From NCBI GenBank assembly GCA_039208735.1, contig JBCCQY010000069.1, positions 1 to 43,653 on the forward strand: DNA of 43,653 nucleotides. The letters run 5' to 3'. This DNA is from Myxococcota bacterium (GTDB taxonomy: Bacteria > Myxococcota_A > UBA796 > GCA-2862545). A program made the translations under genes and the position numbers. Under the pieces are notes generated by a model. It did not search any database. It was given only the letters and a program-made list of their open reading frames with translations, and was not told the DNA's origin. Shown here one piece after another: positions 27,147-37,063 of this stretch; positions within the stretch are counted from its first letter, which is position 1, and each line of letters begins with the position of its first letter.

Positions 27147-29645
27147 TCATTCTTGGGGTTCGGCCACGGTCGGCTCATCGACTTCAGACACCGGGGGGAC
27201 GGGAGGGGCCGTGGCCGCCGCAGCTTCCACCACAGGATCGAGGATGACCGCACCGGCGCCGAGGCCGGTCAGACCTGCGACGAAGGAGGGCGCGATGGCG
27301 ACCTCGGAGCTGCTGCTCAGAATGGATGCGGCACCGTAGCCTTGCAGACTGAAGCCTCCGTTGCAGAGGTGCTCGGCTAGGGTTGTCTTCGCGGCGCTGC
27401 CCACCAGCTGGTCGACGGGCAGCACGCTTGGCCCATCGCCGTGGGCGACAAGCGCCCGGACCCCCAAGGGCAGACTGGCGAGGCCCACACCATCAAGCGT
27501 CACGATGCGAACGTCGAGGAAGCCAAGGGGCAAAGAGCGTAGACCACTGCCGTCGAGATGGACCATCTGCACGGGGAGTTCGTGACCACTTGCGGTGACC
27601 GTGCCGGGCTCAATCGTGCCCAGTTGGTCGACCATCGGCGGACTCATGACCAGCCCCAACGGGATGCTCACAAGGCCTGATCCCCCGTTGTCCACCACGC
27701 TGAAGGCAGGAGCCAATGCCCCGAGTTCATCGTCATGCACCCGATCGAAAGACCAGGCGAGCAGGGCATTGTTGGTCTGGGAGTCCTCCGCCAAGGCGTC
27801 GACAAGCGCATCAAGCCCCGGGGAGGTGGTCATCGCGACGCGGGGGTGAGAGTGGCGCTGGTCGTTGTCGTAGAGGACCTTCTCGACCGAGAAGGCGACG
27901 GCATGTGGTACGGGATTCCCGGCTTCGTCGAACTCGGGAAGGGCCTTGCCCTCGAGCGTACAGACCCCTGCGCTGTCGGTGTAGCAGTGCACGATGCCCG
28001 TGTCCGACCCGTAGAGGCTCGCCAAGACCCGGACGCCGTTGGCAGGGCTACCGTCTTCTTGGAAGGCCTTGATACGCGCAACCGCCTGAACCTCATCGGT
28101 TCCCACAGCCTTGAGGTACGGCAGCACCGCCACGTGGAAGGTTTCGAGTGGATCGTAGCGCTGACCATCGGACGGAAGGGGCTTGTAGACCTCTTTCGGA
28201 TCGAGGCTACGCCCCCAGTTGAGGTCGAGATAGCCGGCTCCTTCCCCTGCGAGGTGAAGGTCGCGGGCTGAAATCCCACGAACCCTGGAGTGGCCCTGCA
28301 ACGCCGCGGCCACCCGTTCGGGAGCCACATCGCCGGCGAGTAGACCCGCGGCCAAGCCGCTCACGACCGCCGCGGCCTGACTTGTGCCGGCCATGAGCCA
28401 GTGGCCCACCTGGTCTGGATTCCCTGGCGTAATGCCTTCGGCGAGAATGCCATTGGGCAAGCCGCTGACGAGACCAGAGCGGGACAGGTCGCCCCCGCTG
28501 GTCATCACGTCCAGTCCCGCACCAAGGTTGGTGTAGTCGGCCGGGCCTCGATTCTCGTATCGGTTGTGACCGCTCTTCTTCGCGGACGCGCCGACCGCGA
28601 TCACCAGCGGAGACGCCGCTGGCCAGGTGATGTAGTCGGAGCCCGCGTTGCCTGCCGCGCCGACCATGATGACGCCTGCATCGTGTGCGGCCTGCAGGGC
28701 TTCGAGGAGTGCGATCGAGGGACGGTACCCTTCGCCGAACGACAAGCTCATGTTGATGATGTCGGCCCCGTTCGCCACTGCGTGGTGGATGCCCTCGACA
28801 AGGTCGATTTCGATCCCGCGATTGTCGGCGTTGAGCACCTTTACCGGCATGATGCCCACGGCAGGCGCAATGCCTTCGATGGCTCCGTGTTCCCCATCGG
28901 CCGCGATCAGCGACGCGATGTGCGTCCCGTGTTGGTGGTCATCGTGGGCCTCCGCGTCGTCGTTGACAAAGTCATAGGGAGCCACGATCGGACTGCTTGT
29001 CAGCCCTGGTGCACCGTTCGGGCCATAGGCGACCCCTGTGTCGAGGACGGCAACCACGAAGGTCGAAAGAGGCTGAACAAAGTCAAAGGCCTGGCTTCTG
29101 TGATGAAAGGCCCCCGGCAATGGCGGGTCGATCTCATCGATGTACCACTGGTGGTTTTCGAGCGGACGGACCCGATTGCGGACGTTGCCGGAGCCGGTGG
29201 TGGTGGCATGCGGCAAGCTTGTGCGGGTTCGGGGGTCCGCGCTGACGGCATCGAGGGCCGTCGCCGAGCCTCCAATGAGGGCATACCCCGAACGACCCGG
29301 GGGTCGAAGCAAACGGGCTCCATGGCGTGCGACGACCTCGGTGGGGTCAGCGTCGTCAGCGAATCGCATGAGTCGTTCGTGGGGGCGGTAATCGGCGGCC
29401 TCTGCAACAGAGGTCGCCGGTTGAACCATCTGGACGGTGGCGACGGGGTCCTCGGATGTCGAGGGGATCCCCATGGTTGCAACATGGTTCGCCGACCATT
29501 CAAGGTTGGGGGAGTCTGGAGCTTCGGAACGGCCGAACCCCAGCAGTGAAAGACCAACGACGGCACCCAGGCCGGCGAGTGATAAACGAGAAAACCGCAA
29601 TGTACACCTCTCTGGGTTCCACGTCGGTTCAATTCGGGGGGCCAC
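27147..29645 (-). CDS. S8 (subtilisin-like) serine protease with long uncharacterised C-terminal region
   Basis: Catalytic triad VAVLDTG, HQHGTH and GTSQAA; oxyanion AAGN; INMSLS; N-terminal hydrophobic segment and propeptide. Confidence 0.9.
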   Translation of the reverse strand: MAPRIEPTWNPERCTLRFSRLSLAGLGAVVGLSLLGFGRSEAPDSPNLEWSANHVATMGIPSTSEDPVATVQMVQPATSVAEAADYRPHERLMRFADDADPTEVVARHGARLLRPPGRSGYALIGGSATALDAVSADPRTRTSLPHATTTGSGNVRNRVRPLENHQWYIDEIDPPLPGAFHHRSQAFDFVQPLSTFVVAVLDTGVAYGPNGAPGLTSSPIVAPYDFVNDDAEAHDDHQHGTHIASLIAADGEHGAIEGIAPAVGIMPVKVLNADNRGIEIDLVEGIHHAVANGADIINMSLSFGEGYRPSIALLEALQAAHDAGVIMVGAAGNAGSDYITWPAASPLVIAVGASAKKSGHNRYENRGPADYTNLGAGLDVMTSGGDLSRSGLVSGLPNGILAEGITPGNPDQVGHWLMAGTSQAAAVVSGLAAGLLAGDVAPERVAAALQGHSRVRGISARDLHLAGEGAGYLDLNWGRSLDPKEVYKPLPSDGQRYDPLETFHVAVLPYLKAVGTDEVQAVARIKAFQEDGSPANGVRVLASLYGSDTGIVHCYTDSAGVCTLEGKALPEFDEAGNPVPHAVAFSVEKVLYDNDQRHSHPRVAMTTSPGLDALVDALAEDSQTNNALLAWSFDRVHDDELGALAPAFSVVDNGGSGLVSIPLGLVMSPPMVDQLGTIEPGTVTASGHELPVQMVHLDGSGLRSLPLGFLDVRIVTLDGVGLASLPLGVRALVAHGDGPSVLPVDQLVGSAAKTTLAEHLCNGGFSLQGYGAASILSSSSEVAIAPSFVAGLTGLGAGAVILDPVVEAAAATAPPVPPVSEVDEPTVAEPQE

Positions 29646-29726
29646 GGAATCTACACGGTTACTCGTGGCTGACGGTTCGTTGACGGACTGAGGCCAAGGG
29701 GACAGCTATCGTTGGCCCTGGAGGAA

Positions 29727-31124
29727 ATGATGCTCGCTGGCGCCCTCATGGTGATGTTGTCCTGCACGGGTGAACAAGGCGAAGAGCCGCCCCCTCCCCC
29801 AATGAATGAGCCCAATGAGACCGCCGACACGGGCTCTCCCACCACCGACACGGGACCGACAACGTCGGACCCCACGGTCAAGGCCGTCTGCGAGCGGGAT
29901 GCCAACAACGCGCTTCGGGCCTCGTGCCAGGTTCAGGCCACCGAGGCCATCTCGGTGACCTTGACCCTGTCGGCACCAGGGGTTCCGACGCGGACGTTTG
30001 AGTCTTCAGATGAGATGACCAACCACACGTTGTTCGTTTGGGGGCTGGTACCCGACACGAACTACACCTGGACCGTCGGCGACATCACGGGCACCTTGAC
30101 GACAGGCTCCTTGCCTCAAGCACTTCAGCCGAACATCAATGTGCAGGGAGATGCCAGCGCCTTTACGTTTGACGCCGTGATGCGACCGCTCGAGTGTCGG
30201 AACGGACGGTACTCCACCATGATCGACACCGAAGGTCGCATCATCTGGTACGAACCGATTCCCGACGATTATGCGCTGTGGGGCTACGGTAGCTTCAACT
30301 GGTCTCAAGAGCACCAAACCGTACTCATTGCGTCGGCGGCGGGGTTCATCGAGACGAACCTGTCGGGGAACATCGTCTTGCGCCTTGACCCTGGGGTTCA
30401 CTACTCCAACGCACACATGCTGCATCACGACGTCGATCGTTGGGGCAACTTTCGCTACCTGCTGTTCCAGTACGACGTGGACGGCTTCCTCGTCGATGGG
30501 GTCCACGTGTTCGAAGGGGACACGCTGCGTGGGACCTGGTTCATGGACGACCACTTCACGGTGGGCGGAGGCAACCCCGACTGGAGCCATGGCAATGGCA
30601 TCAACGTCAACGATGACGGCACGATCGTTCTGTCGTTCTTGAGCTTTGATGCGGTGGTGGCGTTGGATGGCGATCCGAATTCACCGACCTTCCTCGACAT
30701 CCTCTGGCACGCGGCGGGGGCTCCCGAAACGGGTCTGCCAAACCCCGACTTCATTCCTACCGGCCAGCTCAATGAGCGCTTCCGGGGTCAGCACAACGCT
30801 TCGCTAGTGAACGACGATTTGTGGGTGTTCGACAACGCAAGCCAAGGGATGTCACGGGCGCTGCGCATGTCGATGGATGCAAGCGTCGGGTTGTTGACGG
30901 TGACCGGGTCCTGGTCGATGGAGGAGTTCTGTCCGATCCAGGGAGGCGCCTTGCCGATCGACGGTGGCGTCCTCGCGACCTGCGCGACCAGTGGCCAGGC
31001 GCGGGCGTTTCGTGAGAACGCAACGACCTCGGACTGGAGCTTGCGTTCGGGATGTCAGGGGCGTCCCGAACTCAACCGGGCGATTCCCGTCTCGTTCGAT
31101 ACGCCGGTTTCTCGCTCTCGGTAG
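29727..31124 (+). CDS. Lipoprotein, arylsulfate sulfotransferase (ASST)-like beta-propeller
   Basis: Lipobox MLSC; Ig/FN3-like N-terminal part (WGLVPDTNY); LHHD, DWSHGNGI, GQHNA and VFDN match the ASST His pattern. Confidence 0.72.
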   Translation: MMLAGALMVMLSCTGEQGEEPPPPPMNEPNETADTGSPTTDTGPTTSDPTVKAVCERDANNALRASCQVQATEAISVTLTLSAPGVPTRTFESSDEMTNHTLFVWGLVPDTNYTWTVGDITGTLTTGSLPQALQPNINVQGDASAFTFDAVMRPLECRNGRYSTMIDTEGRIIWYEPIPDDYALWGYGSFNWSQEHQTVLIASAAGFIETNLSGNIVLRLDPGVHYSNAHMLHHDVDRWGNFRYLLFQYDVDGFLVDGVHVFEGDTLRGTWFMDDHFTVGGGNPDWSHGNGINVNDDGTIVLSFLSFDAVVALDGDPNSPTFLDILWHAAGAPETGLPNPDFIPTGQLNERFRGQHNASLVNDDLWVFDNASQGMSRALRMSMDASVGLLTVTGSWSMEEFCPIQGGALPIDGGVLATCATSGQARAFRENATTSDWSLRSGCQGRPELNRAIPVSFDTPVSRSR

Positions 31125-31152
31125 GCCGACCGAAAGGGCCGAGCCCATGCGT

Positions 31153-31605
31153 TCAGCGCAAGTCGTAGCAGATCCGCACGGGGGACCGCCTTCGCGTGAG
31201 GTCTGCGCAAACCGTCGAAGGGGCCACAATAGAGAAGTAGGCATCGATGGCGCCCTGCAGCGACGTGGTCGGGATGTCGTTGACGGCATGCACGATGTCT
31301 CCGTTGCGCAAACCCAGGGTTTCAGCCATGGAGCCTGGACGAAGGGCAGTGATTCGCCATCCATCAAAATTGCCGTCGGCGCCTCGGTGAAGCATCATCC
31401 TCGGTCTTGTCGCGGGGAATGGAACGACGGTGTCGACTTCATGTACGAGCTCATGAACGAGTTCGTCCCAGTCCACTGTGTAGCGAACTTCGCGACTTGA
31501 GGGAACGGGCCACGCCGATGTAGGGGCCTCCTCCGAGCAGTGCGACAGGACCGCCCCGCTCGCCAACCCCACTGCCACGACAGCGACCTGCCATTCCACA
31601 CTCAT
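31153..31605 (-). CDS. Small membrane-anchored PDZ protein resembling the GspC C-terminal PDZ domain
   Basis: GGAGG RBS, N-terminal TM helix and GWRITALRPGSMAETLGLRNGDIVHAVN. Confidence 0.7.
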   Translation of the reverse strand: MSVEWQVAVVAVGLASGAVLSHCSEEAPTSAWPVPSSREVRYTVDWDELVHELVHEVDTVVPFPATRPRMMLHRGADGNFDGWRITALRPGSMAETLGLRNGDIVHAVNDIPTTSLQGAIDAYFSIVAPSTVCADLTRRRSPVRICYDLR

Positions 31606-31762
31606 TGGTCCTCCCATTGTCAGGTGCTCGTGGGATGAGCAACACCGATGCCAAGCCGCAGATCCGCCGGGGAGCGTCGTGACCGATCCACAAGGACGCG
31701 AAGCCCGACAACTCGTCAATCGGGGTCCCGGCGCACCTTGCGGGCTTGACAGACTGTCGCGT

Positions 31763-32381
31763 TTACGCAGGGAGGGCGCGGTGAAGGATTTCTTCGCCCT
31801 CACTGAATCGATGGGTCGAAGCAAATCCGAGGCGCTCATAGAAGGCTTTGGGCGACCCAGGACCGCCGATGCACGACACATACATCTCTTGGTGCCCCAA
31901 GGCCTGCATTTCGCTGAAGGTGAGGCGCAGCGCCGCAGCTCCGAGCGCGAGGGGGGCGCCAGCCCCGATCTGAACTTTCGAGGGGGGCTTCATCGACGTA
32001 GCGATACAGCCCGTCCCAATAGCGGGCCCACGTGCGCTGGAAACGGACGTGCTGGTGGTAGGTGGGTGCGATGGCATCGGGTTCGTCGAGCGTTCCGGCT
32101 GCGATGTAGGTCACCGCCTCGTCCTGCTCCAGAGGTGCCGTTCCGCAGGTCCGACAGAACCACCGGGCCCCATGAGCCCCATCGGGGTAGATCGATGGTT
32201 CACCGGTGAACACGACCCGTTTGGTCGGCGCGCGGAGCCAGCAAACGGCATCGGTACCGCTTCGTTGTTGGCAGCGACGGCAGTGACAAAACCCGATGTC
32301 ATGGATGGCGGAAGCTGCGTAGCGGAGCGCACCGCACGCGCACTGGCCACGCCACGTCTTCGGGCCAAGGTCTTTGGGCAT
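31763..32381 (-). pseudogene. GFA/CENP-V domain gene joined out of frame to the C-terminal half of a GNAT acetyltransferase
   Basis: From ATG 32381: GQCACG, FCHCRRCQ and RWFCRTCGT (GFA). Near 31950 a different frame reads LGAAALRLTFSEMQALG..MYVSC..GPGSPKAFYERLGF (GNAT C-terminal motifs) to the stop at 31763. Confidence 0.65.
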
Positions 32382-32435
32382 AGGGGCTCCGTCAGCAGCC
32401 GGTGTCGAGGGTGGATCGTGCACCCTCGGCTCTAG

Positions 32436-32984
32436 GTGTGCAAACCGCCGAGCCTGGCTGAACGTTACTCGGGGTCCATGTCTCCCGAAACGATAATCGA
32501 AACCTTGCTCCTGTACCACTTGGGCGAAGCCCTGGCGGGGCATGCGTCGTTCGTTCACGTCGAACTGGCCTCGGACGGTGTTCTGCGCATCCAAGACGAC
32601 GGTCGAGGCATGGGCATTGACCGGACCGTCGCGGGTCGGCCGTACGTCGATCGGGTTCTCAGCCAGTTGGGGCTTTTGCGTACAGAAGCCGGGGCAACGC
32701 TAGAGTCTGAGCAGATCTTGTTACACGGCATCGGTCTATCGTTAGTCGTGGATGCGTGTGACCGTTTTGAGTTGAGCGTTGCGCGGGGCGGTGAACGTCG
32801 AATGGGCCACTGGGACCGCGGGGCGCAGGCCATGATTTGGTCGTCAACCACCGCTTCGCGTGAAGTTGGCACCACCACGACGGTACGCCCCCGTGACGGC
32901 GCATTCAACGCGGAGCGCGTACAACAATGTGTCGAACGGGTTGCTGCGCGTTGCCCCACGGTTCGCGTCACGTTTGCGGGCTAG
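32436..32984 (+). CDS. Stand-alone degenerate GyrB/ParE N-terminal (GHKL) ATPase-like domain
   Basis: EALAGH, IQDDGRGM, LHGIGLSLVVDA and GTT.TVRP align with GyrB DEALAGH, DNGRGI, GLHGVGVSVVNA and GT.V.F.P. Clean stop after ~180 aa. Confidence 0.75.
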   Translation: MCKPPSLAERYSGSMSPETIIETLLLYHLGEALAGHASFVHVELASDGVLRIQDDGRGMGIDRTVAGRPYVDRVLSQLGLLRTEAGATLESEQILLHGIGLSLVVDACDRFELSVARGGERRMGHWDRGAQAMIWSSTTASREVGTTTTVRPRDGAFNAERVQQCVERVAARCPTVRVTFAG

Positions 32985-33000
32985 AAGCCAAAGGACACTT

Positions 33001-34698
33001 TTAGGCTATGGTTTTTGGCTCGACCCGCGGTCTCGGCGCGGTGGGATGGGCCTCCGCCGGAGGCAGTACGATCGAGAACGTGCTGCCGACGCCAAGCGTG
33101 CTCCTGACGTCCACGGTGCCGCCCATCAGCTCGACGATGCGCTTTACGATGGCGAGCCCCAAGCCGGTGCCCCCAAAGCGGCGCGTGGTCGATAGGTCGG
33201 CTTGAACGAATTCCTGGAAGACGTGTTCAAGCTGGTCGTCGGTCATTCCGATGCCTGTGTCTTCGACCTCCAGGATGAGCTGACGCAAATCATTGCGACG
33301 GGCGCGGAGCGTGACGGTTCCACGATGCGTGAACTTGGCGGCGTTAGACAGCAGGTTGAGGAGGACTTGCCGTAGCCGCAGCGCGTCGGTGACCAGCATG
33401 CCAAGCTCTTCGTGCAATTCACAACGGTAGACGTTGTGGTTCTTTTCAAAGAGCGGCTCCGCCGTCTCTCCAATGGCTTCCAGAAGGGGGCGAATGGAGG
33501 TGGGGGCCTTTTCGAGCACCAGGCGCCCGGCTTCGATCTTCGAGAGGTCGAGGACGCTGTTGATGAGGGAGAGCAGGTGACGACCGGCCTTAATGACGCG
33601 CGCTGCGTCCTCGGGCGTTCCGTCGACCCGGCCCTCCGACGTCTCTTCCTGGATGAGTTCGGTGTAGCCGAGGATTGCGTTGAGCGGCGTGCGAAGTTCG
33701 TGACTCATGTTGGCGAGGAACGAGGACTTGGCGCGGCTCGCCTCAATCGCCCGATCCCGCGCCTCGGCGATGGTGCGCTCGGTTTCGTGGCGTTCGCTCA
33801 CGTCGCGCACGATGGCAACATAGTGAATGCCGTCGTCGGTACGGCCCAAGGTTACGTCGGCCGGAAAAGAGGTGCCATCCGGTCGAGAGGCCCGAACATT
33901 GCTCACCGTTGCCGCATGTTCCAGGGCCATCCCGTCGGGGAAGAGGTCATCGAGCGTGCGTCTTAGGAGCTGGGCTTCCGGTAGGTGGAAGAGGCGTTCA
34001 GCCGCGGGATTGACCCGGCAGAGCCGTCCCGCGTCCTCAATGACAAGCAGCCCATCTCGGGCCGTCTCTACGATTCCTCGCAGCTCTCCCTCGCGCCTCG
34101 CGAGCGCCGCGGACAGATGGTCTCGGGTGTGTTCGTACATCACGACGAACAGGAGCAGGGTCACCGAGAACGAGCAGGCAGCCACAACCTGGAAGATCCA
34201 GTAGTTATCGGAGGGCATGTCGCGCGGGAACGGAGCGCCGAATGCGCTACCCGCGTACATTCCGAGGTATGAAGCGAGGACGAGGATGTTCCAGCCGACG
34301 CCTGCGCGAATGCCCGAGATCGAGACGGCTACGACAGGGATCAGCGCGAGGATGGCGTGGGTCTGGAACGCGGGCCCTCCGTTGAGGAGCGATGCGGAGA
34401 GAATCGTCAGGTAGGCCGAGGCCGCGGCTGCGTGTCCCGCGGCTTGCACACCAAAGCGGGATTGGACCGCGAGCGCCAAGCTCGTGGAGGTGCCGAAGAC
34501 AAGCACGCCGAGCGCCGTCCACGGGGCGGAGAAGGCGTAGAGCACGACGGCGTCGATGGGACTCCAGAACATCACGCAGAGCGAGAACGTGGTGAGCAGT
34601 CGCGCCCGAGCTAGGGAGTCTCGAGCCGAATCAGGAGGGCCGAAGGTATCGATCCAACCGATCACCTGGCCAAGAATGCTCGCCCCCTCGCGTTCCAT
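33001..34698 (-). CDS. Membrane sensor histidine kinase with PAS domain
   Basis: About 5-6 TM helices, [32 protein letters not shown] and GGTGLGL. Confidence 0.93.
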   Translation of the reverse strand: MEREGASILGQVIGWIDTFGPPDSARDSLARARLLTTFSLCVMFWSPIDAVVLYAFSAPWTALGVLVFGTSTSLALAVQSRFGVQAAGHAAAASAYLTILSASLLNGGPAFQTHAILALIPVVAVSISGIRAGVGWNILVLASYLGMYAGSAFGAPFPRDMPSDNYWIFQVVAACSFSVTLLLFVVMYEHTRDHLSAALARREGELRGIVETARDGLLVIEDAGRLCRVNPAAERLFHLPEAQLLRRTLDDLFPDGMALEHAATVSNVRASRPDGTSFPADVTLGRTDDGIHYVAIVRDVSERHETERTIAEARDRAIEASRAKSSFLANMSHELRTPLNAILGYTELIQEETSEGRVDGTPEDAARVIKAGRHLLSLINSVLDLSKIEAGRLVLEKAPTSIRPLLEAIGETAEPLFEKNHNVYRCELHEELGMLVTDALRLRQVLLNLLSNAAKFTHRGTVTLRARRNDLRQLILEVEDTGIGMTDDQLEHVFQEFVQADLSTTRRFGGTGLGLAIVKRIVELMGGTVDVRSTLGVGSTFSIVLPPAEAHPTAPRPRVEPKTIA

Positions 34699-34777
34699 TC
34701 GTCTCCGCGCTGGTCTACGGCTCCATCTCGGCCGAACGCACGGACAGCCCCAACCCCATCGAACGGCCGAGTGACCC

Positions 34778-35547
34778 TCAGGGTTTCAGGTGAAAGCGAA
34801 CCAGTCGCTCCGCGACCGACCCCACGGGCTCTCCGTTGAGAATTGCAGGACTGAACGTCGACTTCATGAAGGCCGCCCGAGCTGCTTCCTCAAAGACCCC
34901 TGGGGGCGTGGCGCTGACGATTTCCACCTTACTGACCTTGCCGTTTGCGTCGATCCAAAGTTTCGCGACCACCGTCCCTTCAATGGCTTGTTGTGCCGCC
35001 TCGGCAGGGAATACTGGGTGTTCGGTGTGTATCGGTTCAGGGGGCCTCGAAGGGAGGTTGTCGAAGGCTTCGGGAAATCGGTGGGCCGCTGAGGCGAGGA
35101 CCAGGTTGGCGGGGGGGCCCTGGTCACGAGCGTTCAGAAGTGCGGCCACCGCGCGGTAATCTTCGGGAGTGGCGGCCTCACGCTTCAGCCATCGGAGTGC
35201 GGCACTTAGGGCGGCCTCGGGGTCGTTGGCGTCGAGTTCGAGATGGCCAACTGAAAGTCGCTGGCCGCGCGGTCGTACGCCGCTGTGTTGAGGCTCGCCA
35301 GCCCGCGAAGAAGGAAGAACCTCCCCCGTTCTTCCAGACAGCGAGCCCGACGCAACGGCCGTGTGGCGGGGTCAAGCTCGGCCAACAGGTCGCTGGCTTT
35401 GCCGTATAGGCCGTCCCTCACGAGCCCCGTGCTGCGTTCGAGCGTGATGTGGACTTGGCCACAGCCCGCATGGGCGGTCGACGGCAGCCAGAGGACGGCG
35501 CCAAGACCGGCTATCGCGGTCCAATGGCGCAGGTTTCGCTGGTTCAT
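34778..35547 (-). pseudogene. Secreted TPR plus TonB C-terminal domain protein, split by a frameshift near 35240
   Basis: The upstream frame reads signal peptide...AASDFQLAI. After GCC ATC TC GAA, a shifted frame continues ELDANDPEAA... without a stop into P.FP..A....IEGTV...LWIDANGKV (TonB_C). Confidence 0.75.
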
Positions 35548-35642
35548 GTTCGAGTCCGGGTGCTCGGGTCGCGGGGTTCTCGACCATCGCGACCACGCTT
35601 TGTTTGCGGGAGAGGCTAGAGTGCGTGCGCAGTGGGAGGGCG

Positions 35643-36563
35643 ATGTCGGACGTCTTTATTAGCTACAAGTCCGAAGATCGAGAGCGAGTGGCCATTATCG
35701 CCCGAGGTCTTGAGGCCGAGGGATTTGACGTGTGGTGGGACTCTGCGCTTCGAGGTGGGGAGACCTACGATGAGGTCATCGAACGCGAGCTTGCCGCTGC
35801 CAAGGTCGTAGTGGTGTTGTGGAGCCCGCAATCGGTGGGGTCACGCTGGGTTCGCTCTGAGGCCACGGTGGGTGATCGGCAAGGCAAGCTGGTGCCCGCC
35901 ACGATCGAACCCTGTCGGCGGCCGCTCGCGTTCGAACTGGCTCACACGTCGACCCTTGACCATTGGCGAGGAGACCCGAACGATCCCCACTGGCGGCGTT
36001 TCGTGGACGATGTCCGAGCTCGTCGCGATGGCAAGGCGCCTAAGCGTGGAGGCGTGAAGACACAGACTCGACCGCAACGCACCAAGCCGCCGAGTTCGCC
36101 GTTCTGGCCCCTTGCGGCGCTGCTCGGTGGCGGAGTGCTGTTCGTGGCGATCAGCGTGGTGGCCTACTCGACCCTGATCCGTCAACTCGGCAAGACGATG
36201 GCTCGCCTTCCGGTCGCGGGTTTGCCCACGACCGCACTGGAGGACAGCCCGCTCGACCTCACACTCTATATGGGCAAGTGGTCCCGCACAGACCCCGACA
36301 CCTGCGCGTTTGCCATGCAGACCTCCATCGATGACGCGCCCCCCTTTCTTGCCGTCACCCACGCCGACGGCCGGAAGGAGGTGTTCATGGTCGAGCAGAC
36401 CAAGGTCGTCTTCGGGATGCGCGTCGCGATCCGCACCAAACCCAATCCTCCCGTGCAATTCCAGCTTTGGACCTCGGACTCGAACAACAAGCTCCATCTT
36501 GCGGAGATCGGCGGCCAGTCGGAGCGGGTATGGACTCGGTGCACGGACGCTTCGCCGGAGTGA
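35643..36563 (+). CDS. TIR-domain protein with a single TM helix and an extracytoplasmic domain
   Basis: GGGAGG RBS; DVFISY, VWWD, VVVLWS..S..SRWVRSEA (catalytic Glu retained); basic linker; TM helix FWPLAALLGGGVLFVAISVVAY. Confidence 0.88.
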   Translation: MSDVFISYKSEDRERVAIIARGLEAEGFDVWWDSALRGGETYDEVIERELAAAKVVVVLWSPQSVGSRWVRSEATVGDRQGKLVPATIEPCRRPLAFELAHTSTLDHWRGDPNDPHWRRFVDDVRARRDGKAPKRGGVKTQTRPQRTKPPSSPFWPLAALLGGGVLFVAISVVAYSTLIRQLGKTMARLPVAGLPTTALEDSPLDLTLYMGKWSRTDPDTCAFAMQTSIDDAPPFLAVTHADGRKEVFMVEQTKVVFGMRVAIRTKPNPPVQFQLWTSDSNNKLHLAEIGGQSERVWTRCTDASPE

Positions 36564-36589
36564 AGGGGTGGGCTTGCCTGCTGGGGTCG

Positions 36590-37063
36590 TCAGACTTCTT
36601 TCCTGCCGGGACGCTCCAGTAGGTGGCGTCCTCCCGCTTCGAGAAGCGCCCTTTTGTACGCCATACTCCGCTGGGTTGGGCAAGTCCGAAGGGCTTCCCA
36701 GAACTTCTGCGGAGGGGCATACTGATGTGCGTCGATGTAGTGGGCGATTGTGGAAGGGGCGACGATGATGCAGTCTCCCGCTGGTAAGAACAGGTTTCGA
36801 GTTCCGATTGGGATCGTGATGTCTTCGTATTGAGTGCTGCTGGGTCCGCCGGAGAAGGTGCAGAACTCACACTCATGCCAGCCAAGAAAGATCGAACGCT
36901 GCCAAGCGTTGGCGAGGTGCTCGCACAGCAGCCGGAAGTCAGCGATCTCGGTAGGACCTCGGGGCACCTCTTCGCCCGCGCTAAGCCACCCCACGGCGCG
37001 GAGCACCTTGGCTGCTGAATTGCCGAAGTAGTTGATCTCGCCAAGGTCTTTGTAATAGGCCAA
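36590..37063 (-). CDS. Conserved hypothetical protein with putative metal-binding motifs
   Basis: GAGGAGG RBS then TTG 37063; AVGWL, GWHECEFC and VAPSTIAHYIDAHQYAPP motifs. Confidence 0.7.
   Translation of the reverse strand: MAYYKDLGEINYFGNSAAKVLRAVGWLSAGEEVPRGPTEIADFRLLCEHLANAWQRSIFLGWHECEFCTFSGGPSSTQYEDITIPIGTRNLFLPAGDCIIVAPSTIAHYIDAHQYAPPQKFWEALRTCPTQRSMAYKRALLEAGGRHLLERPGRKEV

Noticed and set aside
32436..32984. Calling this gene gyrB or parE
   Set aside because: Only ~180 aa, with no transducer or TOPRIM domain following and catalytic residues missing.
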